From: Octopus sinensis
Taxonomy: Eukaryota
Reading direction: 5' to 3'
Length of the DNA: 64,000 bases
Assembly: GCF_006345805.1 (NCBI RefSeq)
Contig: NC_043000.1
Span: forward strand, 109,058,001 to 109,122,000
The notes under the pieces were generated by a model. The model was given only the letters and a program-made list of their open reading frames with translations. It did no database searches and was not told where the DNA came from. The position numbers and the translations under genes were made by a program. Positions 1-14,119 of this stretch are shown in pieces. The number at the start of each line of letters is the position of its first letter. The stretch's first letter is position 1.

Positions 1-56
1 AGAGCAGTGCGTGCCATTATTGTTGTTGTTGTTGTTCTTCTTCTTCGTCTTCTCTT

Positions 57-87
<31 letters not shown>

Positions 88-99
88 TTATTATTCTTT

Positions 100-1730
100 A
101 TTATTATAGACGTCGTACAGTATACAATATCGTGAGGCTGTTGATTGAAGATATCGTGTCTACCGGGGGTTTGTACTGTTTGTCAAGTCACAACATGGAC
201 TTCAGACAGGCAGTACTTTACACAATATGCGTGCAGTTCCAAATAATGCCGACTTTACAATACATCTAGATTGTTGGGTATCTCTAAGGTTTTCAAATGT
301 TTTCCCAGATTAGGTGATTTTGAAACCAATGCTCCAACGACAATAAGGATAACTTTTATGTTTGACTCTCATAGCTGCCACATCTTAGCAATCTCAAATC
401 TCAGGTTTCCATATTTATCAACCTTTTCTTTTTCTTTCATGATAATATGTTGATCTCCTGGCACTACTACGTCAGTTATTAGGCACTCTTGTTTGTCCCT
501 CCTAAAGGTTACTATATCCGGCCTTCGGTGCTCTCACACTTTGTCTGGAAATCAAAGTCCCAGAGGGTTTTTGTCTTCCCATTTTCGTCCATTACTTTTT
601 CCAGTGTATGTTGGTACCAAGCACCCGTAACCTCATAGCCATACTTACGGCATAGTAGCCAGTGGAGGTTTTGGATTACCTCGTCGTGTCTGCGCTTGTA
701 CTCTTTCTGCACAAGACTTTCACAAGCACTAACAATGTGAGACACACTTTCGACCCTCTTCCCACACATTCTGCAGAGGTCCGACGCACTTGTGTGGTGT
801 GGTATATGTTCTTTTTCACTGAATTCCTGGTCCTAGACAACGATGATTAGGCTTTCAATATCCTTTTTTAGGTTACCCTTGTAGAACCACCTCCATGATT
901 TTTCCTGGTCTTTTAATTTGTTGGTTTCACGGTGGAACTGACCATGTAATTCCAACCGGAGTAGGGTTTCTTCTCTCTCGCTGGCTGTTCTTTTTCGGAA
1001 TTCATGAGCACTCTCAAGTCCATTTTTGTTAATTCCTTCTGCACTAGCAGCATACTATAGCAGATCTTGTTTGCTGTTTACCAAACACTCTGCCATGTTT
1101 CTTCTTTCACTCTTGATGCACTCCCTAACAATAATAAGCCCACGTCCATTTTTACCGCTCTTCATGCAGAGCCTGTCTACCTTTGCCTTAGGGTGGAGGG
1201 CATCATATATTATCATTGTCTTTCAGGTAGCGTGATCCAGTTGGTCAATCTCCGCTTGTGTCCATCTCAGGCTGGATGTACTATAGTTGACTACAGCAAC
1301 CGCCCATATGTTGATGGTAGTCACACGGTTCCTTGAGCTGAGCTTTGATTTCAAGAGAAGTTTGAAGTGCTTGACATATGCAGTGACCTTGTCTTTCATT
1401 TCTTTGTGCAAGATATCGTTCAGCTCCAGGATCCCAGGATCCCAAGGTACTTGTAGTCATCATCATTTGGGTCTTCCATTCTCTCTTCGTTTGGCAATTC
1501 TATGCCTCTACAATTTACTCCCCACCCCGCTTCGAAGTAAGCACCGTACACTTTGAGATACCGAATTCCATCCCTATATGCTTTCTGCACATTTCCGCAG
1601 TCTGAACCAGCCTCTCTATTTCAGGCTCTGTTTTTGCGAACAGTTTTAAATAATCCATGAAGAGAAAGTGGATGATGTGAGGTCCGTTCTTTCTCAGATC
1701 ATAGTGCGAGTTGATTTTACGTAGGACTTC
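100..1730 (-). mobile_element. 5'-truncated, degenerate R4/Dong-like non-LTR retrotransposon (RT C-terminal half, CCHC knuckle, restriction-like endonuclease)
   Basis: Minus-strand frames read IHFLFMDYLKLFAK (decayed YMDD motif, ~1620-1680), IGMEFGISKC, LLKSKLSSRNRVTTINIWAVAVVNYS..LRWTQAEIDQLD, CGKRVESVSHIVSACESL..YKRRHDEV, then EHRRPDIV..LITDVVVPGD..KEKEKVDKY (PD-(D/E)xK). The 3' end runs into (TAA)/(GAA)/(CAA) repeats at 1-110. Stops and frameshifts present. Confidence 0.9.
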
Positions 1731-2223
1731 AGAAAGTGGGAATGAAAGCTACAACAAAGAACAGAGGTGAACAACTACCGCCTAGACTTCCTTTGTTATT
1801 GTTTTCTCTTTTAGTTCCTTGTCGTTTTGCTCCAGGTCAACTCAGATTAAATCATGTGATACGTTCTAGTCGTGACCACCCCATGTTTGTATGGAAGTCA
1901 GACATTAACAAATATGTCCTTTCTCTTTTACTATGTCGAGGTGACATTTGATGAAATTTGGCTGCTATTTCTGACAAGTGACCTCTCTTTACAATTTTGT
2001 TTCATTCTGTTTTATTGCTGTTTTTGCTGTTGTTCAACCCAAGGTCGGTCATGTCCGAGGAGACTTATGATCAAAGGCATGTCCGGTCGTAAGCGTCCCT
2101 TCATACTGTATATGTAGATGGTTAGTGTCTTGTAGTCCAAGACTTCTGCAACATCTTGTTGAACAACCTGCGCAGAATGGTTTCTTTATAGAGATCAAAT
2201 GCATGTGCTCTATAATAGCTCAA

Positions 2224-2600
2224 GTGGAGGCGCAATGGCCCAGTGGTTAGGGCAGCGGACTCGCGGTTTCGATTCCCAGACCGGGCGTTGTGAGTGTTTA
2301 TTGAGCTAAAACACCTAAAGCTCCACGAGGCTCCGGCAGGAGATGGTGGTGATCCCTGCTGTACTCTTTCACCACAACTTTCTCTCACTCTTACTTCCTG
2401 TTTCTGTTGTACCTGTATTTCAAAGGGCCGGCCTTGTCACTCTAATGTGTCACGCTGAATATTCCCGAGAACTACGTTAAAGGTACACGTGTCTGTGGAG
2501 TGCTCTGCCACTTATACGTTAATTTCACGAGCAGGCTGTTACGTTGATTCGGATCAACAGGAACCCTCGTCGTCGTAACCGACGGAGTGCTTCCATCCCA
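2224..2600 (+). mobile_element. tRNA-derived SINE, family A (tail type 1)
   Basis: tRNA-like head with A box (TGGCCCAGTGG) and B box (GGTTTCGATTCC); head and body shared with the copy at 16773. Confidence 0.8.
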
Positions 2601-3194
2601 TAATAGCTCACCCCCACCTCCATCAAATCGATGTTGCCTCTACAGGTGCCACGGTGTGCCATGTGCCAGGTATCGAAGGGATCACCGAACCACGTGAGAT
2701 AAAGTATTTTGCTTAATAACACAACGCCCCACCCAGTCCAGCAATTAAAACTACGGTCAGTCATGCCATTAGATTTTGCCCCCACCCCTCCGACCACGTT
2801 ATTTATCATGTTTTTCTTTTACTTAAGATAAAACATTTGATTTGTGTATTATGTGGCTGCTATTTCTCTCATGTCTGTTATTTTTTTTCAGTAAGTTTGG
2901 TGCTGTTTCTAACAGTTCTGCCATGCAATGCCATCTGCTCTGCTCCTGCCCACGAGGGTTTTGAAAATCTGCGAAAGAACTATTGTTCGTCAATCAGGAT
3001 ATTCGAGCTTTGGTTGGTTGTTTGCCTCTCGACCGACATCTCGCTGTATACGTAGGTGTACAGGTGCGAATGTATAGAGTCGTCAATATATACGTATTTT
3101 GTGCAGCTATAGTTCTCTACGTTCTGATGTATTCTATATTTAAGCATGTGTATTGGAAAGTATTTACGTGTGTGTTTTTGTATGCGTGCGTGTG

Positions 3195-3229
<35 letters not shown>

Positions 3230-3328
3230 TTGTCATTATACATAGGTGGTTTAGTTGTGCGTGAAGATATTCTATATCCTAGAGAATATATTTATATGTT
3301 AGTATGAATGTGAGTGCGTGTGCGCGTG

Positions 3329-3370
<42 letters not shown>

Positions 3371-3371
3371 G

Positions 3372-3432
<61 letters not shown>

Positions 3433-3985
3433 CATGGGGGATGAGTGTATGCGCGTGTGTGTGCATTTGTCAAAGTGTTCGCGATTTCGCCTGGAAATGT
3501 TTATGTGAGAAGATATTCTCTAAGTATGTGTATTTGTGTGTTTATATGAGTGTGTATGTATATATATATGTGTGTGTGTGTATGTGCGTGTGAGTTTGTA
3601 AGTGTGTGAGTGTGTGTGTGTGCAGGTAAGTGTTGGGTGAGTGTGCAGATGGTGGGGGGGGGGTCTGTGTAAGGTTTCTTATTCGCTTGTTACATTGTTC
3701 TGGAAGAATGTTTAAAAGAAAAACAAGACACATTAAGACGAAAATAGAAGACGACAGAAGCAAAAGAAAAGAAATAAACGAATGAATAAGTAAATAAATA
3801 GATAGATGGAATTAGACACTGAGAAGAAATAAAAGAGAAGACGAGGAGGAGAGGACCAAGAACATCACCATTTTGGACTACTACTACTACTACTACTACT
3901 ATTGATGATGATGATGAAGATGATGATGATGATGACGATCGAAAAAGAGAAGGAAGAGGAAAATGACATAATGTAGTAAGTAGTA

Positions 3986-4085
3986 NNNNNNNNNNNNNNN
4001 NNNNNNNNNNNNNNNNNNNNNNNNNNNNNNNNNNNNNNNNNNNNNNNNNNNNNNNNNNNNNNNNNNNNNNNNNNNNNNNNNNNNN
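3986..4085. other. Assembly gap (100 N)
   Basis: Run of N in the sequence. Confidence 0.99.
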
Positions 4086-4559
4086 GAAGAGAACAGAGAA
4101 AAAGAAAAAAGAAACTGCAATAGAACTGAAGAGAAGAACGAGGTCGATTGAATAATATGGCGCCTGTCAAGACATGCCATCTGCTACAGAACAGAACGAC
4201 AAGTGTTAAATAGCAGCGAATCCACCTCCTTCTTAACACAGAGACGGCAACAAACTTGGTTGGAATAAATCAACGTCCAGAAAGAGATCGTTGACATTTC
4301 GTGTGAAACTTTATTCTCCAGATTAAAACTATTTCTGCAATCTCTTCATTTACAACGAAGACTCTGTTCAGTTTTTGTCCTTTGTTACCACAATTCAATA
4401 CTATTAAATGGACTCGATTCTGGTCGTTCTGTGAAAGTCTTTTACAATCGCCATTGTCTTTTCGTTTTCTTGACTTTTGTCTTTATTAAGAAATTACTTC
4501 CTCGTAGAATGTAATTCTATTGTATTCCTCTCTCTCCCCTCTACCGCTCTCACCATTAA

Positions 4560-4800
4560 CTAACGCCGCCGCCATCACCACCGCAACGACCGCCACTGCA
4601 ACCACCACAACACCCTCATCTGTCTGACACCACTACCACCACTATCACCACCACCACCACCGTCATCGCCGCTACTGTTACCCTCTGCCACTGCCATCAC
4701 CAGCACCACCAGCACCACCACCGCCGCCAACAACAACAGTAGCACCAAAACTACTACTACTACCGCCACCACCACCACCACCACCACCGAAAACAACGAC
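4560..4800. repeat. (CCA)n/(CAC)n-rich trinucleotide low-complexity tract
   Basis: Direct inspection; explains the poly-V/G/T ORFs here. Confidence 0.9.
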
Positions 4801-5169
4801 GATGTCGGCGACGTTGATGTCGACATTGCTGATGACGTGTGTACAAAGGAAGGTAAAAATCCAAATATGATGACTATTTCTCTTAATTGCTCCAAAGATA
4901 ACCAACTGACAACCAGCAACTATGAATGGCATAACGATACATGGAGAAGAAATGTAAGGTTTCGTGCCATTTATTCAAAACAAATTCTAAAAAAATTCTG
5001 CCAAGAACTTCTAATCAAATCGCTGACAGTATTTCAATATGGCGGCGTGAAATATTGAATTAACAACTCATTCTCTGCTTTGGAAGTGTTGCTTTGGAAG
5101 AGAAAGAAAGACATGGCAATGAGAAATAAATCAAGTTTAAAAAACCAAACCACGGGAAGAAATACCATA

Positions 5170-5585
5170 GATACAGGCATGGCCGTATGGTAGAGAAATT
5201 CTCTTGTAACCATTAGGTTTCCAGTTCAGTCTCACTGTGTGGCACATTACGCAAGTTTATTTTTACAATAGGCTCGGCCCGACCGATGTCTTATGCGTGA
5301 ATTTAATAGACGGAAACTGCGTGGAAGACCGCCGGATATATATATAACATATGTGTGTGTGTTTGCATGAGCGCGCGCGAGAAGTGTTTGCGTGTGTGTA
5401 TCAATGTGTGCCATTTGTGCCTGACCCTCAGCACCGCTTAACAACCGGTGTTGCTTTGTTTACGTCGGTAAATAGAAGAGTAAGCAGCGGACTTAAAACT
5501 AAATACTGGAGTAAATTTATTCGATTAAACCCTTTCATTCTGTGCCCCAGCATGGCCGCAGTCTAGTGACGGAAACAAGAAATAA
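5170..5585 (+). mobile_element. Degenerate SINE, family B (head + internal microsatellite + tail)
   Basis: Matches the 5730 and 19320 copies (…ACAACCGGTGTTG…CATGGCCGCAGTC…TGAC…AAACAAG). Confidence 0.65.
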
Positions 5586-5729
5586 TTAATGGCATAAAAT
5601 TCCACACTCCCCACGCTCTACCTCCACCCTTCCCAAAAATATCTCAAAAATAAAAATCACTGCGGGTCCTATATTCGAACCTGAGCCTCCATAAGCTAAC
5701 TTTTGTTTCTGACCACGATAGCCTAATTT

Positions 5730-6165
5730 TAATCCAGTTATGTGATAAGAAGCTTGCTTCCCAACCACATCGTTCCGGGTTCAGTTCCATTGCACGGCAC
5801 CTTGGGGCAAGTGTCTTCTACTATAGCCTCAGGCCGACCAAAGCCTTGTAAGTGGATTTGGTAGATGGAAACTGGAAGAAGCCTGCTGTATATATATAAT
5901 ATATATGTGTGTGTGTGTGTATGTATCTATGTGTGTACGCGCGCGCGTGTGTACATGTATCTTTTGTCCCCCACCACCGCTTGACAACCGACGTTGGTGT
6001 CTTTAAGTCCCTGTAACCTCGTGGCTCGGCAAAGAGACCGATAGAATACGTACCAGGCTTTAAAAAATAAATCCCTGGGGGTCGATTTGTTTGACTGAAA
6101 CCCTTCAAGGCAGTACTCCAACATGGCCGTAGTCCAATGACAGAACCAAATAAAAGAGATAAAGG
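5730..6165 (+). mobile_element. tRNA-derived SINE, family B (CORE-like ACCTTGGGCAAGT motif, internal microsatellite)
   Basis: GGGTTCAGTTCC B box, GGCACCTTGGGGCAAGTGTC, GACCAAAGCCTTG…GGATTTGGTAGA. Further copies or parts at 19320-19770, 21860-22060, 33900-34040, 34510-34590, 42138-42300, 44225-44425, 51800-52140 and 61480-61600. Confidence 0.8.
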
Positions 6166-6698
6166 ATAAAATTAATCTAACTTCATAACGATTATAATAA
6201 AGTTATTGTTACCGCCGTCTTTTGGTTTCTGTTCAACTGCAGTGGAAGCTTGGATGCAGCTTTCTTTTGTCTTGCACGGTTTATTACTATAAACATGTTG
6301 GATGTTTTCACTATCGCCATTCCATGCTTTATGTTCAGCTGTACTGCTAACATACTTTTTAGATGCAATAATTTTAACTGCTACGAGGTGCTTTTGTAAT
6401 GTTTTGTAAAGTATTGTTGGCTTGCTTTAACTATTACATGCCTTAATAAACTAAAAACTATTTTCCCTGAATATATGCTGCTGAAATTAGGGTGAGTCTA
6501 ATATGCCCGCGCGTATTTTATGCCATCAAATACGGTAAACACAAGATAAAAAGCGGTGAATGAGAAGAAAGTGACCGAGAAATGTTGGGCCGCCTTCCAA
6601 ACGCATTACACATAATTGCACAAACGACATAACTTCATTACATCGCTGTACGCTGCACCGTGAATCTGAAAACACACACACACACGCACACACACACA

Positions 6699-6767
<69 letters not shown>

Positions 6768-7278
6768 GCACAACTGTGCTTGTGAGATTTGTTAGATGTT
6801 CGTGTGTATGGACGTACATGTATGTGTGTGTGTGCGTAAGTGTGTTCTGCAGTAAATCTTCAAACATTACTTTACACAATAAGGTGTTGGTAGATGCTTG
6901 CATTTGAAAACTAATGTGCTTGTATATGCATTTACATACCGTAAATTATGCATACATGCATGTGTAATTCGTATGTGTTCAATGTGAAATCGAAAGAACC
7001 CGAATGCAGACGTACACACACAGCACTTGGACGGATACACGAAGTGATTTATAAACATATTCACACACGCAATTATATGTGTAGAGTGAAAAGCGCCGAA
7101 AAGTCAGAAAGCTCATTATCATATATCTGTATTCCTCTCGTTATAATATAACTGCGATTTTACGAGAAGTTACGAGTGGTATCCTCTGATTCGATAAAAA
7201 TAAGTAACCCCACTACAGACAATGGGTATACTTCCCATCATTGTAATTTCAGTCTTACACTGTATATATTATATATAT

Positions 7279-7323
<45 letters not shown>

Positions 7324-7427
7324 TATATATATATAACGGGAAGCTTTATGAAATAACAAAACGAAGGCAGGTGGAAAACAAACGAACAATTGTATTGTAT
7401 GGCGCTCAGGAAATATAAAATAAAACA

Positions 7428-7469
7428 ATCTTTAACGTTTCGCGAGCCTACGCTCTTCAACAGAAAGAT
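7428..7469 (-). ncRNA. Minimal type I hammerhead-like motif, variant core CUGUUGA, 2-nt insertion before GAAA
   Basis: Minus strand: ATCTTT-CTGTTGA-A-GAGC(GTAG)GCTC-GC-GAAACGTT-AAAGAT; 6-bp stem I. Confidence 0.55.
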
Positions 7470-8239
7470 ACACAGAGAGAGAAAAACACAGAAAGAAGGA
7501 GAGAAAAAAATGCGTGCAGTAGCTAACGAATCAACATGGCGATCTGATTTCGGCCAGAGGTCAAAGATCAAACATGAGACGCGAGAGGTCGAAATAAGGG
7601 GAGATAATAGGGTTGATAAAAGGGTTGAGGGACCAGCTAAAAGTGCGTGGGAGGGGTCTGGATGTGTGTATGTATAGGGTTGGTGTATGTATTAGTATGT
7701 ATAAGGGTGTGTGTGTGTTATGAGAGAGTATTAGTGGCGTAGGATTGGTCTGGACGTGCGTATGTATTGGGTTGGTGTATGTATTAGTATGTATTAGTAT
7801 GTATTAGTACGTATTGGTATGTATAGGTGTGTGTGTGTGTGAGAGAGTATAAGTGCGTATGCGGGGTCTGGACGTGTGTATGTATAGGGTTGGTGTAAGT
7901 ATTAGTATGTACTAGTATGTATTAGTACGTATTAGTATGTATTAGTTGGTGTGTGTATTAGTATGGCACATCATATGTGATGTGATGTGTAAAGTCATGT
8001 GGTGTAGTGAGGAGAAGAGGGGGGGAGAAGAGGGTTTAGAGAAGGGGAGGGGAAGAAGAGGGGGAGGAGAAGGGGAAGAGGAGGAGAGGATGGGGGAGAA
8101 GGAAGGGGAGAGAGGGAGCAGAGGGAGGGAGAAAGAGGGAAGAAGGGAGGGGAGTAGGGGTGAAAGGATGAAGGACTGAAGAAGTAGGGGTCTGGGGGGA
8201 AAGGATAGGTGAGGAAGGGGAGGGGGGTTAGAGGAGGAG

Positions 8240-11182
8240 GGGGGGAGAGTTTGAGACCAAATGGCGTATAAGAGCGAAGAGAGAAGATTAATTCCGCTGG
8301 TCAGCGGCGCAAACGGGAATCCGGATGGCCTCTGTGTAAGGGACAACCGAACACAGATAGGTGTTGCAAGGAGTGACCGGTGGAGCGGAAATGGCGTGAG
8401 ACCGTGTGTGTCGTTCGCAAGGTGGATGTCACGAAGGTTTCCGCGAACCGGTCAGCCAAGCGGCGTCCCGTTTGTCCGATGTACAAGGAATTGCAGAGAG
8501 AGCAAGAGATGGCAATAGATAATATTGCTGGGGTGTGCAGGTGAAGGAGTGGATGATGGGATAGGGTCGATGGGGGGTGCCTATGAGGCGGGTGGTGTTG
8601 GAGAGGTAAGGGCAAGTGCGGCAACGTGGGCGGGAGCAGGGAACGAGCCGGGTTGGGAGGTAGGGTCAGGGAGGAGGGAGCTATGGACCAAAAGGTCTCG
8701 AAGGTTGTGGGCTCGTTTGAAAGAGGGGAGGGGGTCGGTTAGGGAAGAGGTGTGGAAGTGGACGGTCGGACTGGAGATGACGGAAAGCTCGAAGAATGGT
8801 GCGTTGGAGACGTAGGGTCGTGGGGTGGTAAGTGAGGAAGGAAAATGGAGGCGGGAGACTACAGGGCGGATTCGGGGAGAGAGAGGGCAGATACCCGGTC
8901 CACGGACCGTGCTCTGGCAAGGGCGGTGTGGATAGTGGTGAGGGGGTATCCACGTAGGGTGAAGTGGTAAGCGCACTACGTTGAGACTGAGTCTCAAAGT
9001 CATGGTCGTCATCTACAGAGCCTACGTAGACGGAGGAATTGGGAATAGGGGATGGAAAGCTTGGTGTTTCTGGGTGGGAGGAAGAGAAGTTGAGGTATGA
9101 GTGTGAGTCTGTGTGTTTGTAGTGAATGGAGGTGGTAAGAGTGGAGTGAAGAATGCAACCGAAATGTCGAGGAAGGAGACAGAGTGTTGGAGATAGTGGA
9201 AGTGAAGTGGAGGGCTGGATGGAAAGATTGGACGAAGAGAGGAAGGAATCTAGATGTTCGCGGGAGAGTGAGGTGGCACCGATAATGTCGTCAATATAAC
9301 GACCATATAGTTCAGGAGTGGGACCAGTGAAATTAGAGAATTTTGGGCCTCAACATAGCCAACGAACAGGTTCGCATAGGTGTGGGCCCATTCGCGTTCC
9401 CATGGCCACTCCCGAGACCTGATGGTAGAACTCGCCCGCGAACGAGAAGCAGTTTCAGAGTAAGGACAGTTCGGCCAGACGAATGAGTGTGGAGGTGTCA
9501 GTACAGGTTAGAGCGGAGGTCAAGAAAGTGTGCGAAGGGCCTGCAGTCCTTCGTGGTGAGGGATAACTTATAGAGGCTTTGGATGTGCCATAGTAAAAAG
9601 GATTTTGGAGGAGCCGGGAGGAAATGGAGAAAGAGTTGAAAAAGCCGGGAGACATGGTTGGTATCGTGGATGTGGGAGGGAAGAGATGCCACTAGGGGGG
9701 CAAGGACACGGTCGAGGTATTTAGAGATGAGCTCAGTGGGAAGTTACAGGCGGAGACGATGGGGCGGCCAGGGTTGTTGGGTTTTGTGGATTTTGGGGGA
9801 GGAAGTAAATGGTGGTGTACGTGGGGTTCGCACAATTAGGTTGGATGCGGTGCGGGGGAGACGGAGGGGACGAGATGAGGTCTGGACAGTAGAGGATACC
9901 GTCTGTTGGTAGCTACGTGTGTGGGGTTAGAGGGGCAGAGGGGAATAGAAGGAGGTGTCATTGAGTTGGCGGAAAGCCTCGGCCCTATAGAGGTCCGCGC
10001 GCCACACCACTACAGCTCCACCCTTGTCAGCCGTGGTTTTGATGATAATGTCAGCGCGCCGTTGGAGGGAACGAAGAGCCAAGAGCTCAGCCGGGGAGAT
10101 GTTGAGGCGGCGTTGGCGCCTGGGAAGTTGAACCGCTCCAATGCACGCTGACAAGCGCCCGCGAAAAGATCCACTGCTAGGATCTGGCCAGGGGCAGGCG
10201 TCCACGGGGATGGTCGGCGGCGGCCCAGGCCAGTGAAGCAGTCGTCTCCTCTTCGTTGGGTGTGGGTGGCGAGTCGTGGTAATGCGCACCCAACCGGACA
10301 CGGCGCACAAAGCTGTGGACATCAACTCGCGTCTGGAATTCCTTACAGGATGGAGTGAGGGGGATGAAACGCAGACCCCTACCAAGGACGGAGCGTTCAG
10401 CCGCAAGAGGGGAAGATCGGGGGGAATGGTAACAACAGACGGAAGTGGAGAAGGGGTGTTGGAATAGAAGTAGGAGGGGTGGTAGGTCTCGTGGAGGTCT
10501 GAGGGGGAGGGATAGGAGAGTGTGTGGGGTGTTGGGCGGGGGCAGTAGGGTTAGGTGTAGGTGGATGGAGCCTAACGGGAGGGGAGAAGGGATTGTAGGG
10601 AGGGCAGTGGGTTAGGTGTGGGTGTGGATGGAGCCTCTCGGGAGGGGAGAAGGGTGGTGGAGGAGTTGGGGTAGTGGCGTCGGGTAGGGTGGAATGGAAG
10701 AGTGATTGGAGTTTACGAAGTTTGGTATCAGAAAGAAATTGATGGAAGAGTTGATTCAAATGGATAGAAGCGTACGTGTTTGGACATAGAGAGGCGGCAG
10801 AGAGGGAGAGAAGGTGGAGAAAGCAGGAGGAAGAAGGCGGTTGATGGCATGTAGTTTGGAGAGATTGGAGCGAATGGTGGCCCGCATAAGGCGGTAGATG
10901 TGGTGCGGAGTATGGGTAAGATGGGAAAATCCGAGTGGAGAGCAGGGTGGAAGTGGAGCGGAAACCTTTAGGGATGAGTCGGTGATGTAGGCAGCGGCTT
11001 AGGAAAGAGACATGGCTAGAGAAGCGGGTTTTTTTAAAAAGAAGAGAGAGATATAACGGACGGCTGAAGGCAATATACAGGAAGCGAAGTAGATGATCCT
11101 TCAAACGGTGATGGAGGGTGAGGAGGTAGGACCTAGGATCCGGCATGATGGGATAGCGGAAAAAAAACGTTCGAAAAAACAA
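8240..11182 (-). pseudogene. Disrupted PLE RT/GIY-YIG polyprotein ORF
   Basis: Motifs are spread over several ORF-track fragments (10397-11182, 9927-10406, 9498-9692, 8681-8953, 8301-8624), i.e. multiple frameshifts. Confidence 0.88.
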
Positions 11183-11785
11183 AAAACAAAAAACAAAAAT
11201 TATCGTATGAAAAAAATAGAAAAAAAGGATAGCGAAAAAAGGGGAAAAAACAAACGTTCAAAAAAACAAAAAAATAATAATCGTATGAAAAAACTAGATA
11301 AGTAAGCGATATGGGCAGAAAAGACGGGGCAAACGGAAAAGGGAAAGAAAGAAGGGAAGCAGAGAGAGGGGGAGGCAAAAAAGGGGGGTGCAGGCAGAGG
11401 AACGGAGTATGGACATCCAGAGAGGGAAGAAATACGGAAAGGAGAACAAAAATTCAGGAAATGTGGAAAGCATGAAATGAATTAAAAAAATGGTAATAAT
11501 AAGAGAAAATAAAAATACAACAAACGGGACAGTTTATGCGAACAAGTTCAAGGTTGAAAGTTCAAGGTGAGAAATGTGTAGACGTCGTGGTATATTTTTT
11601 AAGGATTTCACATCAATGCAAAGTCACTTTGATCCGCGAAAGAGAGGTGCAGCCGATGGTAAGTATCCAAGAGGTAAAGAAAATCCAATATATATATACA
11701 TGTATATATATATATCCGTTAAAGCACTTACCTAGCGTACTTAATCGTTTAGACCACCTGTGAATTACCCCCCCCCCATACTTTG

Positions 11786-11832
<47 letters not shown>

Positions 11833-11994
11833 ATACACACATACATACATATATACATACTGCCGAAACTTCAAAGTCACCGACAGCAATGTTCTTGTTT
11901 ATGTTGAGTAACCCCTGAAGTTAATGTAAAATTGTTTTTATAATAACTAAACATAAAACAAACATTAACACACACACAACCACACACACACACG

Positions 11995-12038
<44 letters not shown>

Positions 12039-12900
12039 CACACACACACTTCAAATTTTGGCTCAAGGCCTGCAATTTCGGGGAGGGGGCTAGTACTCAA
12101 CAACTTCGGTGACATTTGAACTCGGAGCAGAAAGATGGACGAAATTGCCTTATTTTGTTACAACGTTGGATAGAAGACCTTGTGGTATTAGTTCTGGTTG
12201 TCACTCTTCCTGCAATGTCTAAGCTAAGAGAGAGACTAAACACATCGTTTGTTTAACAACACCACCTGACACCTTCAGAGCCTTTAGTGGGTTCCATCAA
12301 GGTGAGAACATTTGGGCCAGGTATTCGGCTTGAAAATACCTACCACCAGCAGTTCAACAGATAAGAGGTTAAAAGCGATGTTTCTCTCTTGATTAAAGAT
12401 TGAAAACATGTGTGTGTGTGTATTAATTTATGTGGGGCAAGCATTCTTAGAGCCGTGGTATCATTCTGTCCATTCGTTGGTCAACTTTTACATGTCAAAA
12501 GATTTGAACAAACAATTAACAAACAAAATTATTCATTTATGATGTCCCATACTCTCAAATGTTGTAAGGACACAAAAGCACTTAGTTTAAACATATAAAC
12601 TGCATGCAAAAGATAGAGTTCGCATAAAATTAAAGTTAATCTGTAATATTTAAGTTTTAAAAAAAATATTCTTCAAATATTGTTGTTTTCCAACTTGAAC
12701 TACCTAAAAGACAAAATGCTGACTGTTGCACTCGGACATTGTCCGGGAGGCTCCAACTCAATCAAACAAGGGAGTCGTTCGGGTTTGAATTACTTTAAAG
12801 TATATCTTCTTTTGTCGCACATTTATAATTATTTCCGAGCAACTCTGCATGTTGTAGTAAACATGTATAGATCTCTGTTTAGATATGCATGTGAAAATGT

Positions 12901-13023
<123 letters not shown>

Positions 13024-13661
13024 CATCCTACCAACTCTGCTGACACTCACTTAACCCCACCATTAATAGAGCCTCAAGCGTTGATTCCAATTTCCGGCTG
13101 AAGTAAATTATCTTCATGACGTCAAAGTTTGAAAGGGAGATGACTCTATCAACCAAAAAATATACAAAAACAACTTTTTTTTCAATGAATATCAAATATG
13201 GACCAAATGTAACGTTGCTGATTTTTTAAATATCTTTTAAACACATGCTAATGAATATAACTACTCAGATGCTTAATAACATTAAATATATCTTCACCTA
13301 CTTGAATAAAGAATTTCATCATCGTAAGAAATGTAAATCGCGTGCAAAGATAAATAAATAAATAAAACAGAACATTTGCAATATATAATTATTTTTGACC
13401 TTTCCTTAATAAGTTGGATATTGCCAGAAATAATGGAAGGAATTTTAAGAGGAGACAGGCAAAGAAAGCTAAGCGGAAATCATGATAAAACTGATAGTTT
13501 ATGATTCTAAGATAAAGTTGTGAATGAAGTAAACAGGGATTAATCAATCATATCCTCCTTGATGGCATTAACCGACTAATTGTGTGTGTGCAGTTATATA
13601 GCATATGTATGTTTGTGTGTGCACATGCGCGTGTATGTATGTGTGCTTGTACACATACATG

Positions 13662-13714
<53 letters not shown>

Positions 13715-14119
13715 GCGTGTATTTCTTGTGTGTGTTTTAATATATTAGTATTATCTACTCCAAGTAGGTTCTATATGAAAGACTTCCATTCGCGTCTTTT
13801 CTCTACCATTCTTGCACATTCACCATATGACAGTTTTGTGCAGTTTGTTATCAAACCAGTTTGTTCTAGGTTTTCCTCTCCAGCGTTTACCATTTATCTT
13901 TCCTTCTACTTATCATCTTCCTACACCTTGTATTCTTACTTTGGCTCTCCCATATCATTTTTTTTTCAACCATTTTGTATTTACTACTTGTAGTAGTTCT
14001 TTAAAATATGAAAAAGCTACATGCATATGTTTGAAAAACAAAGTGTTTTAAAAATATTCGTAATTTTCCGGAATAATATCGACACAGAAACTAAAAAGAA
14101 TTTGAGCGGGGACGGAAAT

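Larger units (their letters stand above)
7335..11400 (-). mobile_element. Near-full-length Penelope-like element (probably Neptune-type), frameshifted RT + GIY-YIG ORF
   Basis: N-terminal SHVSFLSRCLHHRLIPKGF; RT with LRSLQRRADIIIKT.ADKGGAVVV, LAPLVASLPSHIHDTNH, FYHQVSGVAMGTRMGP, YIDDII, FLDIS; Cys linker CSRPRCRTC; GIY-YIG CSLCNSLYIGQTGRRLADRF..VSRHF. T-rich 3' region with an HHR-like motif at 7428-7469. Confidence 0.92.

Noticed and set aside
2224-2300. tRNA gene (also at 16773 and other SINE heads)
   Set aside because: No complete cloverleaf; each continues into a SINE body.
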